DNA of 64,000 bases. Source: an uncultured virus (IMG/VR IMGVR_UViG_3300034071_002561). Its lineage: Duplodnaviria; Heunggongvirae; Uroviricota; Caudoviricetes. Position numbers and translations under genes: made by a program. This document shows positions 63,500-64,000 of the stretch, one piece after another; the first letter of the stretch is position 1; every line of letters starts with the position of its first letter. The stretch lies in IMG/VR virus record IMGVR_UViG_3300034071_002561; one strand, 5' to 3'. The notes under the pieces are model-generated. The model was not told the DNA's origin. It made no database searches and was given only the letters and a program-made list of their open reading frames with translations.

Positions 63500-64000
63500 T
63501 CTTCTAAAATACTTTTATCTCCTTGATAGATTATTTTTTGCCAACAACTATCGTCAGATTCATTACTACAGGTAAGATATTTGAATTCATTTTTACAAAA
63601 TTGAATATCATAAACAGATTTGAATTGGTTTATCACCCAGTCTTCCCAGTTATTGCTTTGCCGACTGATAAAAATCAATCTGCATTCTGTGTTCTCTTTA
63701 AGCCAATTTATTTGACTGAGGGCTGTTTCTGCAAAACTAGGACTCATGATTTTAGGGTAGTTAATTCTATTGGAAGGTTTCCATAATCTATTTAATATTC
63801 TATAGGTTTCTTTAGGCCAACAATTTTTAATGGCTATGCTAGAACACATTTCCGGAATACCGTCATCATTATAGCATATAGTAAATGCTGATGCCTGAGA
63901 CAGTGTTTCTCTATTGTAGTTCTTCCATAGTTTGTGAGATACATCGTTGTATTGAATATTTCTCAAATATTCGAATTCATCATCTAATGTTTTGTTTGTA
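63481..64000 (-). CDS. Hypothetical protein (5' truncated by window)
   Basis: Frame stays open to the window edge; YRILNRLW, IFISR, CWQKI. Confidence 0.6.
   Translation of the reverse strand, partial: TNKTLDDEFEYLRNIQYNDVSHKLWKNYNRETLSQASAFTICYNDDGIPEMCSSIAIKNCWPKETYRILNRLWKPSNRINYPKIMSPSFAETALSQINWLKENTECRLIFISRQSNNWEDWVINQFKSVYDIQFCKNEFKYLTCSNESDDSCWQKIIYQGDKSILEEWKRCL

Noticed and set aside
1..64000. Interpretation as a bacterial chromosome segment (dnaK, rpsU, rpoZ, clpP, ahpC present)
   Set aside because: The genes lack their usual operon partners (dnaJ/grpE, gmk/spoT, clpX/tig) and are embedded among small phage-type ORFs, TAAATA late motifs, atypical tRNAs and a tail-fibre-like gene

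Overview
This window looks like part of a large (jumbo/T4-like) bacteriophage genome, probably from fresh water. The host is probably betaproteobacterial; this is inferred from the Bug/TctC proteins, the AhpC/AhpD and DnaK types, and a tmRNA tag ending in FALAA. No capsid, integrase or CRISPR array is visible. Contents from left to right: (1) cold-shock gene and a circularly permuted two-piece tmRNA with an unusually long tag and a peptide ORF in its intervening sequence; (2) APS-kinase/nucleotidyltransferase, methyltransferase, Bug and ahpC/ahpD genes; (3) cell-wall hydrolase and lipoproteins; (4) a host-takeover and proteostasis block (bS21, exoribonuclease, MazG-like, dnaK, hsp20, clpS, heme oxygenase, bilin reductase); (5) a curli-like module (CsgF, CsgG, curlin-repeat proteins) with FecR and a CHASE2 adenylate cyclase; (6) small sigma70-driven ORFs including an 8-member paralog array and clpP; (7) about 30 tRNA genes covering all 20 amino acids, interleaved with unexplained structured RNAs and rpoZ; (8) a tail-fibre-like gene followed by an AT-rich enzyme island (six PP-loop paralogs, radical SAM, oxygenases, desaturases). 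The strongest candidate for an undescribed system is at 34439-34810. Tandem consensus promoters drive a 47-codon leader peptide that contains all 20 amino acids and a near non-repeating run of codons. It overlaps a mutually exclusive antiterminator/terminator pair upstream of the tRNA array. This reads as a translation-coupled attenuator that could switch on the phage tRNAs when any host tRNA becomes limiting. All family assignments come from motif recognition by eye; no searches were run.
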